60,000 nucleotides of DNA from Felis catus (taxonomy: Eukaryota): NCBI RefSeq assembly GCF_018350175.1, contig NC_058369.1, positions 560,001-620,000 of the forward strand, written 5' to 3'. The notes under the pieces are model-generated. The model did not search any database, was not told the origin of the DNA, and saw nothing but the letters and a program-made list of their open reading frames with translations. Made by a program: the position numbers and the translations under genes. Shown here in pieces: positions 49,423-60,000 of this stretch. Position 1 is the first letter of the stretch, and each line of letters starts with the position of its first letter.

Positions 49423-51186
49423 GTGTGGGGAGACCACAGCAGAAATGGCGTCCCAGAGCCAGGCCAGGGGCCCCTCTGAACCTCAGTGTTCTCACCTGCC
49501 AAATGGGCACGGCCCTGGGACTGACCCACCTTCCGCACAGGCGTGCTCACAGAGTGCGACAACTCTTGCCCTTTCAAACAGCAGAAAAGTCAGACCCCGA
49601 TGTCAGGTCCCCCGGGGGGGGGGGGTTCCCTGTGGGTCCATGGGGAGCTTCTTGGGCTACCCCTCAGTTTCCCTCCTGGGGAGGACTCCAGCGTGCAGAC
49701 TGGGAGACTGAGGCAGGCGGAGGGCTCACCCAGGGAGCGGAGACCCCCACCCCGGGCCTGGGCAGGTGAGGTGGGGCAGGTGGGTCGGCCTGGCCCTGCC
49801 CAGGGGGTGGGGGCGGGGCCGGGGCGCTTCCTGTTTCTCCACATTCTGGAAAGCCCCAGCGTTCCCCAGCAGTGGGAGCACCTCCCTGCCCGCCTCCTGG
49901 CGCTGGGTCCCTCACCACACTTCTCCTTTCTGCACCCACTTCCCCTGGCTGCCCCCCAGCCCTTGTGGCTCTGCTCCTGCCCCGCCTGCTGCCTCTCATC
50001 CCCCCCCTCCTTTTCCCCTCCCTCCTACCGCGCCCCTCTTTGCCCTCCCTCTCCAGCCCTCCCTGTGGTGTAGAAGGGGAAACTGAGGCAGGAGCAACCA
50101 GCCGGCCCACGTCGCACCAGCCGTGTGCCTATCTCCTCCTGCATCACTTCCTGTCTCCTGCTGGCCTCGCCCGCCTCCCCAGCTGACCCTGCCCTGTCCA
50201 GCCACCTCCCTACACCCAAGGCCCACCTGCCACTGCCACTTGCCCTCGCAAGTCCCCCGGCAGTGCTGGCTGCCTCCCGGCCCTGCCTGAGCCAGCGTAG
50301 GATCTTGCCTAGGCCGACCAGGGCTGCCTCTGAGCCAGGACAACTGCAGGGAACAGCAAACCTGTCCGGTGGGTCTGAGATCCGCCCCAGACAGGACTTC
50401 CCACCTCTGCACTGAGAACGGGACACCAAGGCTGCACAGGCTAAATGTGACGTCTGACGGAGCAGCCCTCAGGCTGGGCGAGGGCTGGACCCTGAGGTTG
50501 CAAGGCTGTGAGCAGGCAGGAAGGAGAAGGAAGAGGGGAAGGACTGTCAGGGAGAAGGCAGCATGTGCAAAGGCCCCAAGTGGGGACAGCATCCAGGGAG
50601 CATGTGCAGGGGTCCAGGGCAGCAAGGGAGCCAGACCGGAAAGGGCCAAGTGGGCTAAGGGGGCGGGGGTGTGCCTGGAAAGCTAGGGCAAGGCCTGTAT
50701 GCTGGGGGCAGTAGGGAGCCACTGAAGGTGATGGAGCAGTGGGGTGGGGTGGTAAGGGCGGGGCTGGCGGAGGCTCCATCCGCCCGAGTGTGCTGGAGGG
50801 GGCGGGACACAGGGGCCGCGTTTCATGCTCCTCTGGTGGCAAGACAGAGGCCTGAGGAGGCAGAGCTCCTGCCCCGAAGCCAGACGAAGGAGCCACACTC
50901 TGCATTTCTTTCTGTCGGGGTCCATAGTGAGCCAGGCAAGAGCTGGGCCAGAGCTGAGAGGGTGAGGACCTTCAGGATGTCCCCTCAGCGGTACTCACCC
51001 CCAGCCCCAAGTCAGAGGGGGACTTGGCTTGGCTCTGTCCCCAGAGCCATGGGGAGCCATGGAGATGATAGAGCATGGACAGAGATGCAGCTAGGGCAGA
51101 GCAGGCATAGGAGGCGGTGCGGGTGCAGGAGGGCGCAGGTGAGTGAGTGCAGGAAGGAAGTGGGTTGGGCTACAAGGTGGACGGGC

Positions 51187-51188
<2 letters not shown>

Positions 51189-51258
<70 letters not shown>
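51189..51258. repeat. (GT)n(GA)n compound microsatellite
   Basis: Read directly. Confidence 0.98.
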
Positions 51259-51635
51259 CAATGCTGATCGAGTCTGGGGACACAGAGAACAGAGCATCAG
51301 AGCATGCCCCGTGGTGTCCCAGGCTGCAGAGGGGCAGGACATCCCCCGAAGGGCACCAGGCGCTGGCCCTCCCCAGGCTGTCCTCCTGCTTAGCAGCCAG
51401 CAAGGAGCACTGCCGTCACCTGTGCTGGTACTTCCTGAACCTTCACCTTGGGTCTGCCCTGCCCTGAAGGGGACTCCAGGGCGCCTGGGGCTGGCTGACT
51501 CACATCCAGGTCCCAGACGCCTGACAGGGGCTAGGCTCCTGAGGGACAAGGGACGTCTGGGGCACTTGGAGAACTTCAAGGGACCCCACCATCCTCCACG
51601 CCTCCAACTGAGGAAGAAGCCAGAAGCCCCAGCCC

Positions 51636-51772
51636 CGGGGTGCCCCCCCCCCCCCCCCCGCCGCTGGCTGGCTCAGTCAGCACGTGACTCTTGATCTCAG
51701 GATCCTGAATTCAAGCCCCATGTTGGGCCTGGAGCCTACTTAATTAAAAAAAAAAGAAAAAAGAACTTAAAA
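51636..51772 (+). mobile_element. Short CAN-SINE with a poly-C run in its 5' end
   Basis: GGGGTG(C)n...TGGCTGGCTCAGTCAGCACGTGACTCTTGATCTCAGG plus A tail. Confidence 0.75.
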
Positions 51773-52204
51773 GGAAGACAGTCTACGCTGGCAATGGGAG
51801 GGGTGATGGTGACACAGCACGTCTGTGCTTATATCCCAAAGTCACAAATACGCTGGTGGGTCAGGGCGGGGCCCCGGCTCTGATGACCAGGCCCCGTCCC
51901 GATCTGCCGTGTGGACAGGGGACCCTGACGTGACCGGACGTAAAGGGCACATCGCCTCTGTGCCATTCCGCCCCAAACCCCTCACCGTGGGCTGACCCAC
52001 AGAGTAACACCGGACAGATCCCAGCCAGGGGACATTTTCTAAAATACCCAACCTCAACACGGTCCAGGCCTCACACTCAAGGGAAGTCTGATAAACTGTC
52101 ACACCCCAGAGGGGCCCGAGGAGACGTGACAGCTGGGTGTCGTGTGGGGTCCTCATGGGGTGCTGGTGCAGAAAAGGGACATGAGGGGGAAACTACAGAA
52201 CTCT

Positions 52205-52420
52205 TTCTTTTTAGTGTCTATTTATTTTTTGAGAGACAGAGACAGAGCATGAGCAGGGGAGGGGACGAGAGAGAGAGAGAGGGAGACACAGAATCGGAAG
52301 CAGGTTCCAGGCTCTGAGCCGTCAGCACAGAGCCGGACGCGGGGCTCGAACCCACAAACCGTGAGATCACGACCTGAGCCGCGGTCAGACGCTTCACGGG
52401 CTGAGCCACCCAGGCGCCCC
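52205..52420 (-). mobile_element. CAN-SINE (SINEC_Fc)
   Basis: GACACAGAATCGGAAGCAGG...CCAGGCGCCCC. Confidence 0.92.
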
Positions 52421-53169
52421 GAGAAATCTTAAGCACACGGAGGAGATTTGTTGCTGACGTATCGGTGACAAACGTCCCCCACTCACGTGAGACACGCACA
52501 GCAAGGGGAGGGCGCCCCACGCTGTCTTCGCAACCTCCCTGCAGATCTTCGAGGAAATGGAGAGAACAGGAGAGCACGGCCCAGCCCCTGTCCTCCCACC
52601 CTGCTTCCGTCCTGCTGGGGGCTCTCTGCCCCGTGGGGGTGAGGCCCGCCCCAGCCCTGGCCAGCTGCCATCTGCACTCCTGTGTCCAAAACCCCCTACT
52701 CGAGTCTCATATCCCACATTGTTACAACCTTTTGGTTGCAAGTGACAGAAACTGCAACCGAAGCCAGCTTTTTTCTGTACATGGGAATTTTTTGTTCACG
52801 GTACGGAAAGGTCCAGGGATAGACCTAGCACCGGGCTCTCCCCGCCGGCCCCGCTGACATTTGGGGCCAGGTGGTTCCTTGTGTTGAGCAGCCCTCCGGT
52901 CCCCGCCCACCGGACACCAGGAGACCCCTGGCGTGACAGCCGCAGCTGAGACCAGCTGATCCAGCAGGCACGGCCAGATCCGGCACCTTCCGGGAGTGTC
53001 TCAAAGACTGACACAAGCCTGCACCTCTAGGCTCCTTCCCACGCCTCTGGAGAGCAGCTCAAGGCTTGAACGTGAGGGAGAGCATAGCACCTCGAGAGGC
53101 ACAGTCCAGCCTGTCGCCTTCTTGGTGCAGACCGCGTGGCACTGAAACCTTTATGTTTTGTCTCCTTTC

Positions 53170-53537
53170 TCTTTTAATGTTTATTTCTTTCTTTAATGTT
53201 ATTTATTTATGTATGTATGTATTTATTTTTAGTTTTGAGAGACAGAGGGAGAGCGCGGGAGGGCCAGAGAGCGAGAGGGAGACAGAGAGAGGGAGACACA
53301 GAATCGGAAGCCGGCTCCAGGCTCCGAGCCGTCAGCACAGAGCCCGACGCGGGGCTCGAACCCACGAACGCATGAGATCAGGACCTGAGCCGAAGTCGGA
53401 CGCTCAACCATCTGAGCCACCCAGGCACCCCTCCTTTCTGTGTTTTAAAGTGAGCTCCACGCCCGAAGCGGAGCTTGAACTCACGACCCTGAGATCTAGA
53501 GTCACGTGCTCTACCCACTGAGCCAGCCGGGCGCCCC
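53170..53537 (-). mobile_element. Two adjacent CAN-SINEs
   Basis: Ends CCAGGCACCCC (~53430) and CCGGGCGCCCC (~53537). Confidence 0.9.
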
Positions 53538-53599
53538 GAGATGTTTGCGTTTCCGTGGCTGAAAACATTTCAGAAGAAGGGTTGTTTTGCGACACGCGA

Positions 53600-53792
53600 A
53601 GCGATACGACGTCGGTGTCAATAAAGTTTTCTTGGCACAGACACGCGCGGTCGGTCGTTTGCGTATTGCCTGCGGCTGTTTTCCTGTCCCCGCCAGCAGA
53701 GCGGCGCGGTTGTGACAGAGACTGTTGGGCCCGTACAGCTGAACACACTTGACCTCTGGTCCCTCACAGAACAGGTCAGCTGACCCCTGCTC
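53600..53792. mobile_element. MER58-like remnant
   Basis: AATAAAGTTTTCTTGGCACA...GTTGTGACAGAGAC...GCTGACCCCTG. Confidence 0.7.
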
Positions 53793-54214
53793 TTACGTCC
53801 CTGGACAATGACACAGGTACCTCTCTGAGCCCAGGAGTCTCCCTTGTTGACCGGAGGATGGTGAGAGGGAGGAAGGACCTCAGCCTGGAGGCCAGCCAGC
53901 AGTGAACTTTGAGTGTCAGCGTGTGTCAACCATGATCGTTTCGGTCACCCCTCGGGTAGCCTGGAGGGGGTGCTTCGTCGCCTTCCGGAGGCAGGTGGGA
54001 GAAGGCAGGACCGGTCTTCAGCAGGCTGCGGTGGCCGTGTCCCGCACCTTGAATTCGTGGGGTGACGTGTGTGCCCGGGTGGCGGTGCTTAGCCGGGAGC
54101 CTCAGGGGAGGAGCTTTTGAGGAGGTGACAGTTCAGCTGCAGCCGGGACCCTCTCTCTCTCAGAAAATGAGCCTTTCGAAAAATTTTTTTAAGTTCCTTA
54201 AAAAAAAAAAAATT

Positions 54215-54825
54215 ACAAATAAAAAATAACGTGTCACCCGTCGGGATGGTCCAACGGAACCCCCGAAACGGACAAAACCAAGTGCCGGTGAGGACGCAGG
54301 ACGCCCAGAACTCTCGAACGTTGCCGGGGGGGGGGGGGGGTGCGGCCCTTCTGGAGGACGGTTGCTCAGAACGGCCGTGGGATCCGGCCATCCCAGCCCT
54401 AGGCGGCACCCGAGAGAAATGAAAGTCTCCGTCCCTACAAAAACCTGCACACACGTGTTCACCACCGCACGACTCACAGTCGCCAAAAACAGAAAACCAC
54501 CCAAGTGGGCGAAAGAGACGCGGCCCGTCCACACAAGGGCGTCCCAGGAGCGCAGGGACAACACGCTCTAAGGGTCTCTAAGGGTCGCAAGAACGTGAAT
54601 GGATCTCAAGTGAAGTACGCCTTGCCGTGTGACCCCATTTATGTGACACCCGGAAAAGACCGAGTTACAAGGGGCAAAACTCGATCCTTTCCTGGGAGGG
54701 AAGGCAGAGGGAAGCGATGACCCCCACAAAGGCGTGTGAGGGGGGTTCGGGAGGGAAGAAAAGATTTTATTCCTCAAGTACAGTGGTGATGACATGCTTT
54801 CGTCAAGATTCATCAAACTGCCCGC
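54215..54825 (+). mobile_element. Ancient L1M 3' fragment
   Basis: GAGAAATGAAA...ACAAAAACCTGCACAC.GTTCA...GCCAAAAAC.GAAAAC.ACCCAA. Confidence 0.7.
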
Positions 54826-54847
54826 CTCGCCATTCTCAGGAAGCTTC

Positions 54848-55245
54848 TGTGTTAGTGTCCTAGGACGGCTGAGACCAATGACCGCTCACTGGGTGACTTA
54901 AACAAGAGACATTCATCCCTCCCCATCCTGGAGCCAGGTGTGGGGGCCGAGCTCCTTCCAGAAGCTCCAGGAGGCCCTTCCCCTTTCCTCCAGCCTCTGG
55001 GGGCTCTGGGCAGCCGAGAATCCCTCCATCACAGCCTCCATCGATACCTGGTCCTCTCTGTCAAACGTCCCCTGTGTGTGTCTTATAAGGACAATTGTCA
55101 TTAGATCTAGGGCCCACTTAAGTAATCCAGGATGATCTCATCTCAAGATCCCTAGCTTGGTGACAACAGTGAGTGAGGTCACATTCACAGGCTCTGGGAA
55201 GTTGGATGGGGAAACCTCCTTCAGGGACCACCATTCAACCCAATA
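54848..55245 (-). mobile_element. MLT1 solo LTR
   Basis: TCTTATAAGGACA...TAGGGCCCAC...TAATCCAGGATGATCTCATCTCAAGATCC. Confidence 0.8.
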
Positions 55246-55399
55246 AACCCTGCTTAAGTTAAGAACACTTAAGGGGCCACCTTAGGACACTTTCTCCCAA
55301 ACTCTTCAGATGTACATTCTGCCTGGGAATGTTTGAAGCAGAATCCTAGACTCATAGCCTTTCAGCCATAAATGCTTCAGCGTGTATCTCTAAAGCAGA

Positions 55400-55692
55400 T
55401 TGTCCACTGGGGACAGTTCTGCTCCAGGGGACCCCAGGCGATGTCTGGCGACACTTGCGGTCAGGACTGGGGGCATCGCTTGAGTGGGGGCTGGGGACGC
55501 TGCTCAACCCCTGCAGTGCCCAGGGCCCCCAGAGGGGATGACACCAGCCCCCCAGTGTCCACAGTGCCGGGGGAAGGGGGACAGTCAACTGTAGGCGTGT
55601 GACGGTGGGCATCCCTGCCCTGTCTGTGACCAGGTGTGTAACAAGGTCCAATAAGGGTGACAATGATGGTCCAGAGTGTCATCGCCCTGAGG
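55400..55692. mobile_element. MER20-like DNA transposon remnant
   Basis: CAGGGGAC...GGCGATGTCTGG.GACA...GCTGCTCAAC...CCTGCAGTGC.CAGG. Confidence 0.55.
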
Positions 55693-55745
55693 GATCATGT
55701 GTGGGCTTCCAACCTTGTGGTTTTGACATCTCATTCACACACATA

Positions 55746-55747
<2 letters not shown>

Positions 55748-55788
<41 letters not shown>
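55748..55788. repeat. (AC)n microsatellite
   Basis: Read directly. Confidence 0.97.
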
Positions 55789-55790
<2 letters not shown>

Positions 55791-55824
55791 CTGCAGTCCA
55801 GAAACCTCGGCTGCAGTACCTGCC

Positions 55825-55838
55825 CGCCCCCTGGTGGC
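55825..55838 (-). promoter_or_regulatory. Consensus CTCF core motif
   Basis: Reverse complement GCCACCAGGGGGCG. Confidence 0.6.
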
Positions 55839-56312
55839 GGCAGAGAAGCCCACATACCCCCCCCCCCCACCGATCCCAGCCACCCCCTAACCTGGAACCA
55901 TGGCTGGATTCCCAGTGGGGGGTTCACCTCAATTTGGAAGGACCCCTCTGGCTCCTGGGCCCTTATTCGATGGATATGGGGCTGAGCCGGGTCCATAGAG
56001 AGGAAGGGGCTAGGGTCAGGAGCCTGACATGTAGGATACCCGTTGAGTGGGTGGAGACCTGGGATGGAGCGCCAGCTGGTCGTGTGCCCAGGAGGACCGC
56101 GGGCTTCCTCTGGCCTCCATCTGGGGGGGGGGGGTAAAGGGAGGATGTCAGAGGGTCAGCGGGGGCTGCAAGGGGGCCAACTGGGCACAAGTGTTTGTGT
56201 GTAGGGGGGTCATGGGGTGGGCAGGAGAAATGAGGGGTGTGAGGGAGAGATCGTGGGAGGAGAGGAAGGCAGAGGCTGTAGGCCTGAGCCCCGGAGGGGC
56301 TGGTGGGCCCTG

Positions 56313-56592
56313 ACCTATAGCCTGGGGTCCCTGCCATTACCCGGGGCTACCATTTATAATCTGGAGCTCTTACCTGTAAGCCAGGGCCCCTGTGCGTAAA
56401 CCAAAGCCCTCCACTTATAATCTGAGGCTGCCTTTCCATAACCTGGGGTCCCCCACCTGTAACTTGGGGATCTTTATCTGTAATATGGGGCCCCCCATAA
56501 CCTTGCCCCCCACCTACAACCTAGAGCCTCCACATATAGCCTGGGGTCTCCTACTATAACCTGCCTCCCCACCCCCATAACCTGGAGTCCCA
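56313..56592. repeat. Degenerate ~20 bp tandem repeat (CTATAACCTGGGGTCCCC-like)
   Basis: About 13-14 recurrences of TA(T)AA/GCCTGG(G/A)G-like cores. Confidence 0.7.
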
Positions 56593-56649
56593 GATCCACT
56601 GTGGACCTGGACAGGTGGCTTCCTTCCTGTAAGCCTCAGTCAGTTCACC

Positions 56650-57170
56650 TGTCATAGAACATTCCATCACCCCAAAAGCAACCGGTCCCCATCAACAGTC
56701 ACTCCCCACTCCTCCCCCCTCAGCCCCCACGAGCCCCCTTCCCGTCCGTGGATGGGCCTTTTCGGGACGTTTCACCCACGTGGACTCACACCCCGCGTGG
56801 CCTCTCGTGTCTGGTTCCCTCCCTGAGCGTCGTGTGTTCGGGGTCCGTCCGCGGGGCGGCGGGGGTGGGTGCCTCGCTCCTGCTCGCGGCCCAGTGACGT
56901 GCGCATGCTCGGGGGACACGTTGTGTTTATATGTTCATCTGTGGATGGATATTTTGTTTTTTTCCCCCAGTTTTGGCTGTCGTGAATCCTGCTGCTGTGA
57001 ACACACAGTGTACAAGTTTGGACCTGTGTGTGCTAACCCAGGATAAGAGTAGCTGGGCCGCATGGAAACACTGTTTTTAACCTTTTGGCTTTCTCCAAAG
57101 TGGCTGCACCATCTGTACGAGATTTCCAGTGTCTCCGCATCCTTGCCAACACTTATTGTCCATTGTTTTT
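56650..57170 (-). mobile_element. Ancient L1M(B-like) 3' end, GC-shifted core
   Basis: AGAACATTCCATCACCCCAAAA...CCAAAGTGGCTGCACCAT...TCTCCGCATCCTTGCCAACACTT. Confidence 0.85.
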
Positions 57171-57187
57171 AAAAATTTTTTAAATGC

Positions 57188-57710
57188 TGGGTCGCCTGGG
57201 TGGCTCAGTCAGTTAAGTGGCCGACTTCGGCTCAGGTCATGATCTCGCGGTCTGTGAGTTCGAGCCCCGCGTCGGGCTCTGTGCGGACCGCTCAGAGCCT
57301 GGAGCCTGTTTCAAATTCTGTGTCTCCCTCTCTCTGACCCTCCCCTGTTCATGCTCTGTCTCAAAAATAAATAAAACGTTAAAAAAATAAAAAATAAAAA
57401 ATAATTTTTTAAATGTTTATTTTGAGAGAGAGAGAGAGAGACAGAGTGAGAGGGGGAGGGGCAGAGAAAGGGAGACACAGAATCTGAGGCAGGCTCCAGG
57501 TTCCCAACCGTCACCACAGGGCCCGATGACGTGGGGCTCAAACTCACCAGCTGTGAGATCATGACCTGAGCTGAAGTCAGATGCTTAACTGACTGAGCCA
57601 CCCAGGCGCCCCTCATGGTGACGAGTTTTGGAAAGAAAATCAAGGTGAGACCACGACCTGAGCTGAACTCAAGTGTCGGAGGCTTAACCAGCTGAGCTAC
57701 CCAGGCGCCC
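57188..57710. mobile_element. Tail-to-tail CAN-SINE pair (+57188-57405, -57406-57611) plus a partial third copy
   Basis: Head GGGTCGCCTGGGTGGCTCAG on +, CCAGGCGCCCC at 57611 and CCAGGCGCCC at 57710. Confidence 0.9.
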
Positions 57711-58391
57711 TGCTTTTTAATATCTTTAGGGTCTGTAGTGGTATCCCTTCTTTGATTCCTGGTATGGGTCATCTTTTATTCTTGGTGAACGTGGAGTTTT
57801 GTCGTTAAAAAAAAAAAATCTTTTCAAGGAACAATCTTTTGGCTTCATCTATTCTCCCTATTTGTTTTCTATTGCATTTTACTGGCTTCTGCTCTGGTAT
57901 GTAGGATTCCCTTCTCAGCAGAATTTTGGGGTTTGCTGGTCCTGCCGATGTGGCGCGTGACCCCTTCCCTGCGGAGTCACATCAGTCCCCCTCCATGGGT
58001 GCCGGAGACGGTGAAGACACTCATGGGGCATGTCCAACCACCGCTCTCGGGCACACCAAGTTTGCACAGAGGCTCAGGGCGTTCACAGGTCGCCAGCCTG
58101 GAGTCCCGATCTGATGGCGCTGCTCCCCTAGGTCCCACTTTTCTGGCTGTCGTGAACCAGGAGGGTCACACCAGATGAGATGAACAGTTTGCGCAGAGCT
58201 AAGAATACAGTGCTGGGCAACGGAAGGGAGGTATTTTCAACCTCATCCGCCCACTTTGTCCACTCTGTACCCACAGCACTCTGCGGGCACCTGGGCCGCT
58301 GCTTTCCCACAGTGGGTCCCCTCTGGGTGCAGAGACTCTGCAAGGGTCTCTGGCCTGGAACGTTCCACTTTGGGCCACTCAGAAAGAAAAC

Positions 58392-58603
58392 TTTTTTTTT
58401 TTTTAATGTTTATTTTTGGGAGAGAGAGAGAGCGCGCGCGCGCGCGCGCGCGCGAGAGAGAGAGAGAGCGCAGGGGAGGGGCAGAGAGGGAGCGAGACAC
58501 GGAATGCAAAGCAGGCTCCAGGCTCAGCACAGAGCCCAACGCGGGGCTCAAACTCACGAACCCAAAGTCGGACGCTTAACCGACTGAGCCCCCCAGGAGC
58601 CCC
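58392..58603 (-). mobile_element. CAN-SINE with a (GA)n(CG)n(GA)n microsatellite
   Basis: AAGCAGGCTCCAGGCTC...AAGTCGGACGCTTAACCGACTGAGCC. Confidence 0.9.
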
Positions 58604-58879
58604 TGGGGCACTTTTTAATTTACTGATGTCTAAAGTAAGCTCTAAGCCCACCCAACGTCGGGCTGGAACTCAAAGATCCCCAACAGCAGAGCTCGCACGT
58701 TCCACCGACAGAGTCGGCCGGTCGCCCCTCCCCGGGGGCTACTGTGTGACCCTTGCCCTGGCCTCCGAGGGGGGGGGGTCTGTGGGTGAGGGGCTCCTCG
58801 AGGGCTCTGCCCGCGGCACAGCCGTTCCCAGGTGGCCGTTGTCGCTCTCGACCGCCGACGCCAGCCCCGAGCCCCTCAG

Positions 58880-59190
58880 AGGTCGACGCTGCGGGCTCCC
58901 CGCGCCCGCTTCCCGCCAACCCCCCCACCCCATGACGGGCTCCTCCGCGGGCCAATGAGCCAAGCTGTATCCACCCCCGGGGCGGGGCCGAGAGTGAACC
59001 AATCCCCGTTTGGGCGCCTGCCTGTGTCCAAACGGCCCAATCGGCAGCGCTGGTGGGGCGGGCCGCGGGGCGGGGCCTCACGGCCCAGCCAACAGGCGGG
59101 CACGTCAGCGGCGGGAGGGGCGGGCCCCCCCGGCGGGCGTGCGGCGGCGCGGCGGCGCAGGGCGGGGGCGGGAGGTAAACAAGATGGCGG
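58880..59190 (+). promoter_or_regulatory. STK11: STK11/LKB1 core promoter
   Basis: CCAAT boxes at 58952, 58999 and 59037, several GGGGCGGGG boxes, forkhead GTAAACA 59175-59181, YY1 AAGATGGCGG 59181-59190; fits known Sp1/NF-Y/FOXO control of LKB1. Confidence 0.85.
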
Positions 59191-60000
59191 CGGCGTGTCG
59201 GGCGCGGAAGGGGGAGGCGGCCCGGGGCGTCCGCGACTGAGGCGGGGAGCGGGCGGCAGCGGCGGCGGGCGCCGGCCGGCTCCGCGCCGCCTTGCATGGG
59301 CTGGGCCCCCGCGCCGCCCCGCCTGCTCCACACGTGCGGCGGCTGCGGCGGGGGCACGCGCTGTCCGGGCCCCGGCGGCCTCGGGAACCCCCGGCCCGGG
59401 CCTTCGGCCTGCGCCGCCTCAGCCGCCCGGAGCCCTGCGGGTCCCCGCGCCCCGCGCCCCGCGGCCGACGGCGTTCTCGGCGGAGAGCGAGCGCGGGCTG
59501 CCGTTTGGGGCGGGGGACGGCCGCTCCGGGGTCCCAGGCCGGTGTGGGGGCGCCCCGGCGGCGGCCGGCTCCGACGGAAGTTGCTCCCCGCGGCGGGAGG
59601 GCCCCGGGCAGCCCCCGGCCCCCCGACGCGCGCTCGGGGCTGGCGGGGGCGGACCTCGGTGCCCCCCGCGCCTTCCGGACAGGCACCTGCCGCAACCGCG
59701 GGCCCCCGGGACGGCGGGCCCCGCCGGGAGCCGCCCCCAGCAGCGCGCCCGGCCCCCAGCGAAGCTCGGCTGCCCAGCCTGGGGCCCTGGGGCCGGCCGG
59801 CCGCCGCGGGGCCCTCTCTGGGCGCGCGCCACGACCCGCTGGTAATGCCCGTCCCGGAGAAGACTTGGTTTGGCTGCAGCGGTGTTTGTCCGAGGGTCTA
59901 AAGTCCCTGGAGGATGACCTAGCACTTGCAAGCCCCACCGGCCTCCTGAGGGCCCCCGTGGACGCGCCGGCCCGACCCGAAGCTGCGAGGCGGGCAGGCA
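59180..60000 (+). other. STK11: STK11 exon 1, 5'UTR portion (main ATG lies beyond the window)
   Basis: GCGTGTCGGGCGCGGAAGGGGGAGGCGGCCCGGGGCG and GGAGGATGACCTAGCACT match the recalled human STK11 5'UTR; STK11 neighbours SBNO2 head-to-head in mammals. Confidence 0.85.

Noticed and set aside
12412..58603. tRNA-like A/B boxes
   Set aside because: All lie in tRNA-derived CAN-SINE heads, not tRNA genes
58832..59845. 337-aa plus-strand ORF and overlapping minus-strand ORFs in the STK11 CpG island
   Set aside because: Stop-codon depletion in very GC-rich DNA; region matches the STK11 promoter and 5'UTR

Overview
GC-rich mammalian genomic DNA, almost certainly from a felid (multiple SINEC_Fc-type CAN-SINEs), syntenic with human 19p13.3. 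The minus strand carries the 5' three-quarters of SBNO2 (strawberry notch homolog 2). I traced by hand a non-coding exon 1 at a CpG island (~46.6 kb) and 25 phase-consistent coding exons from the ATG at 33687 down to 719 (3052 nt, about 1017 codons; the gene continues beyond position 1). An internal CpG-island first exon at ~18.5 kb encodes [15 protein letters not shown]. The CpG island at 58.9-60 kb is the promoter and long 5'UTR of STK11 (LKB1) on the plus strand. The rest is intronic or intergenic, with SINEs, old L1 3' ends, MLT1 LTRs, MER DNA transposons and VNTRs. Almost all ORFs in the supplied track are GC-rich shadow ORFs. Most notable observations: (1) a U12-type intron (8325-10540) containing a candidate 117-nt stop-carrying exon with a U2 acceptor and a U12-like donor, which would be mutually exclusive with exon 11; (2) a minisatellite that has multiplied the exon-26 splice acceptor; (3) six dispersed ancient L1 3' ends that share the same GC-shifted core; (4) a strong orphan acceptor in intron 5; (5) several uORFs and composite STAT/AP-1, DR1, CCAAT and CTCF elements. 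Exon numbering and cross-species comparisons come from my recall of the human and mouse genes, not from a search.
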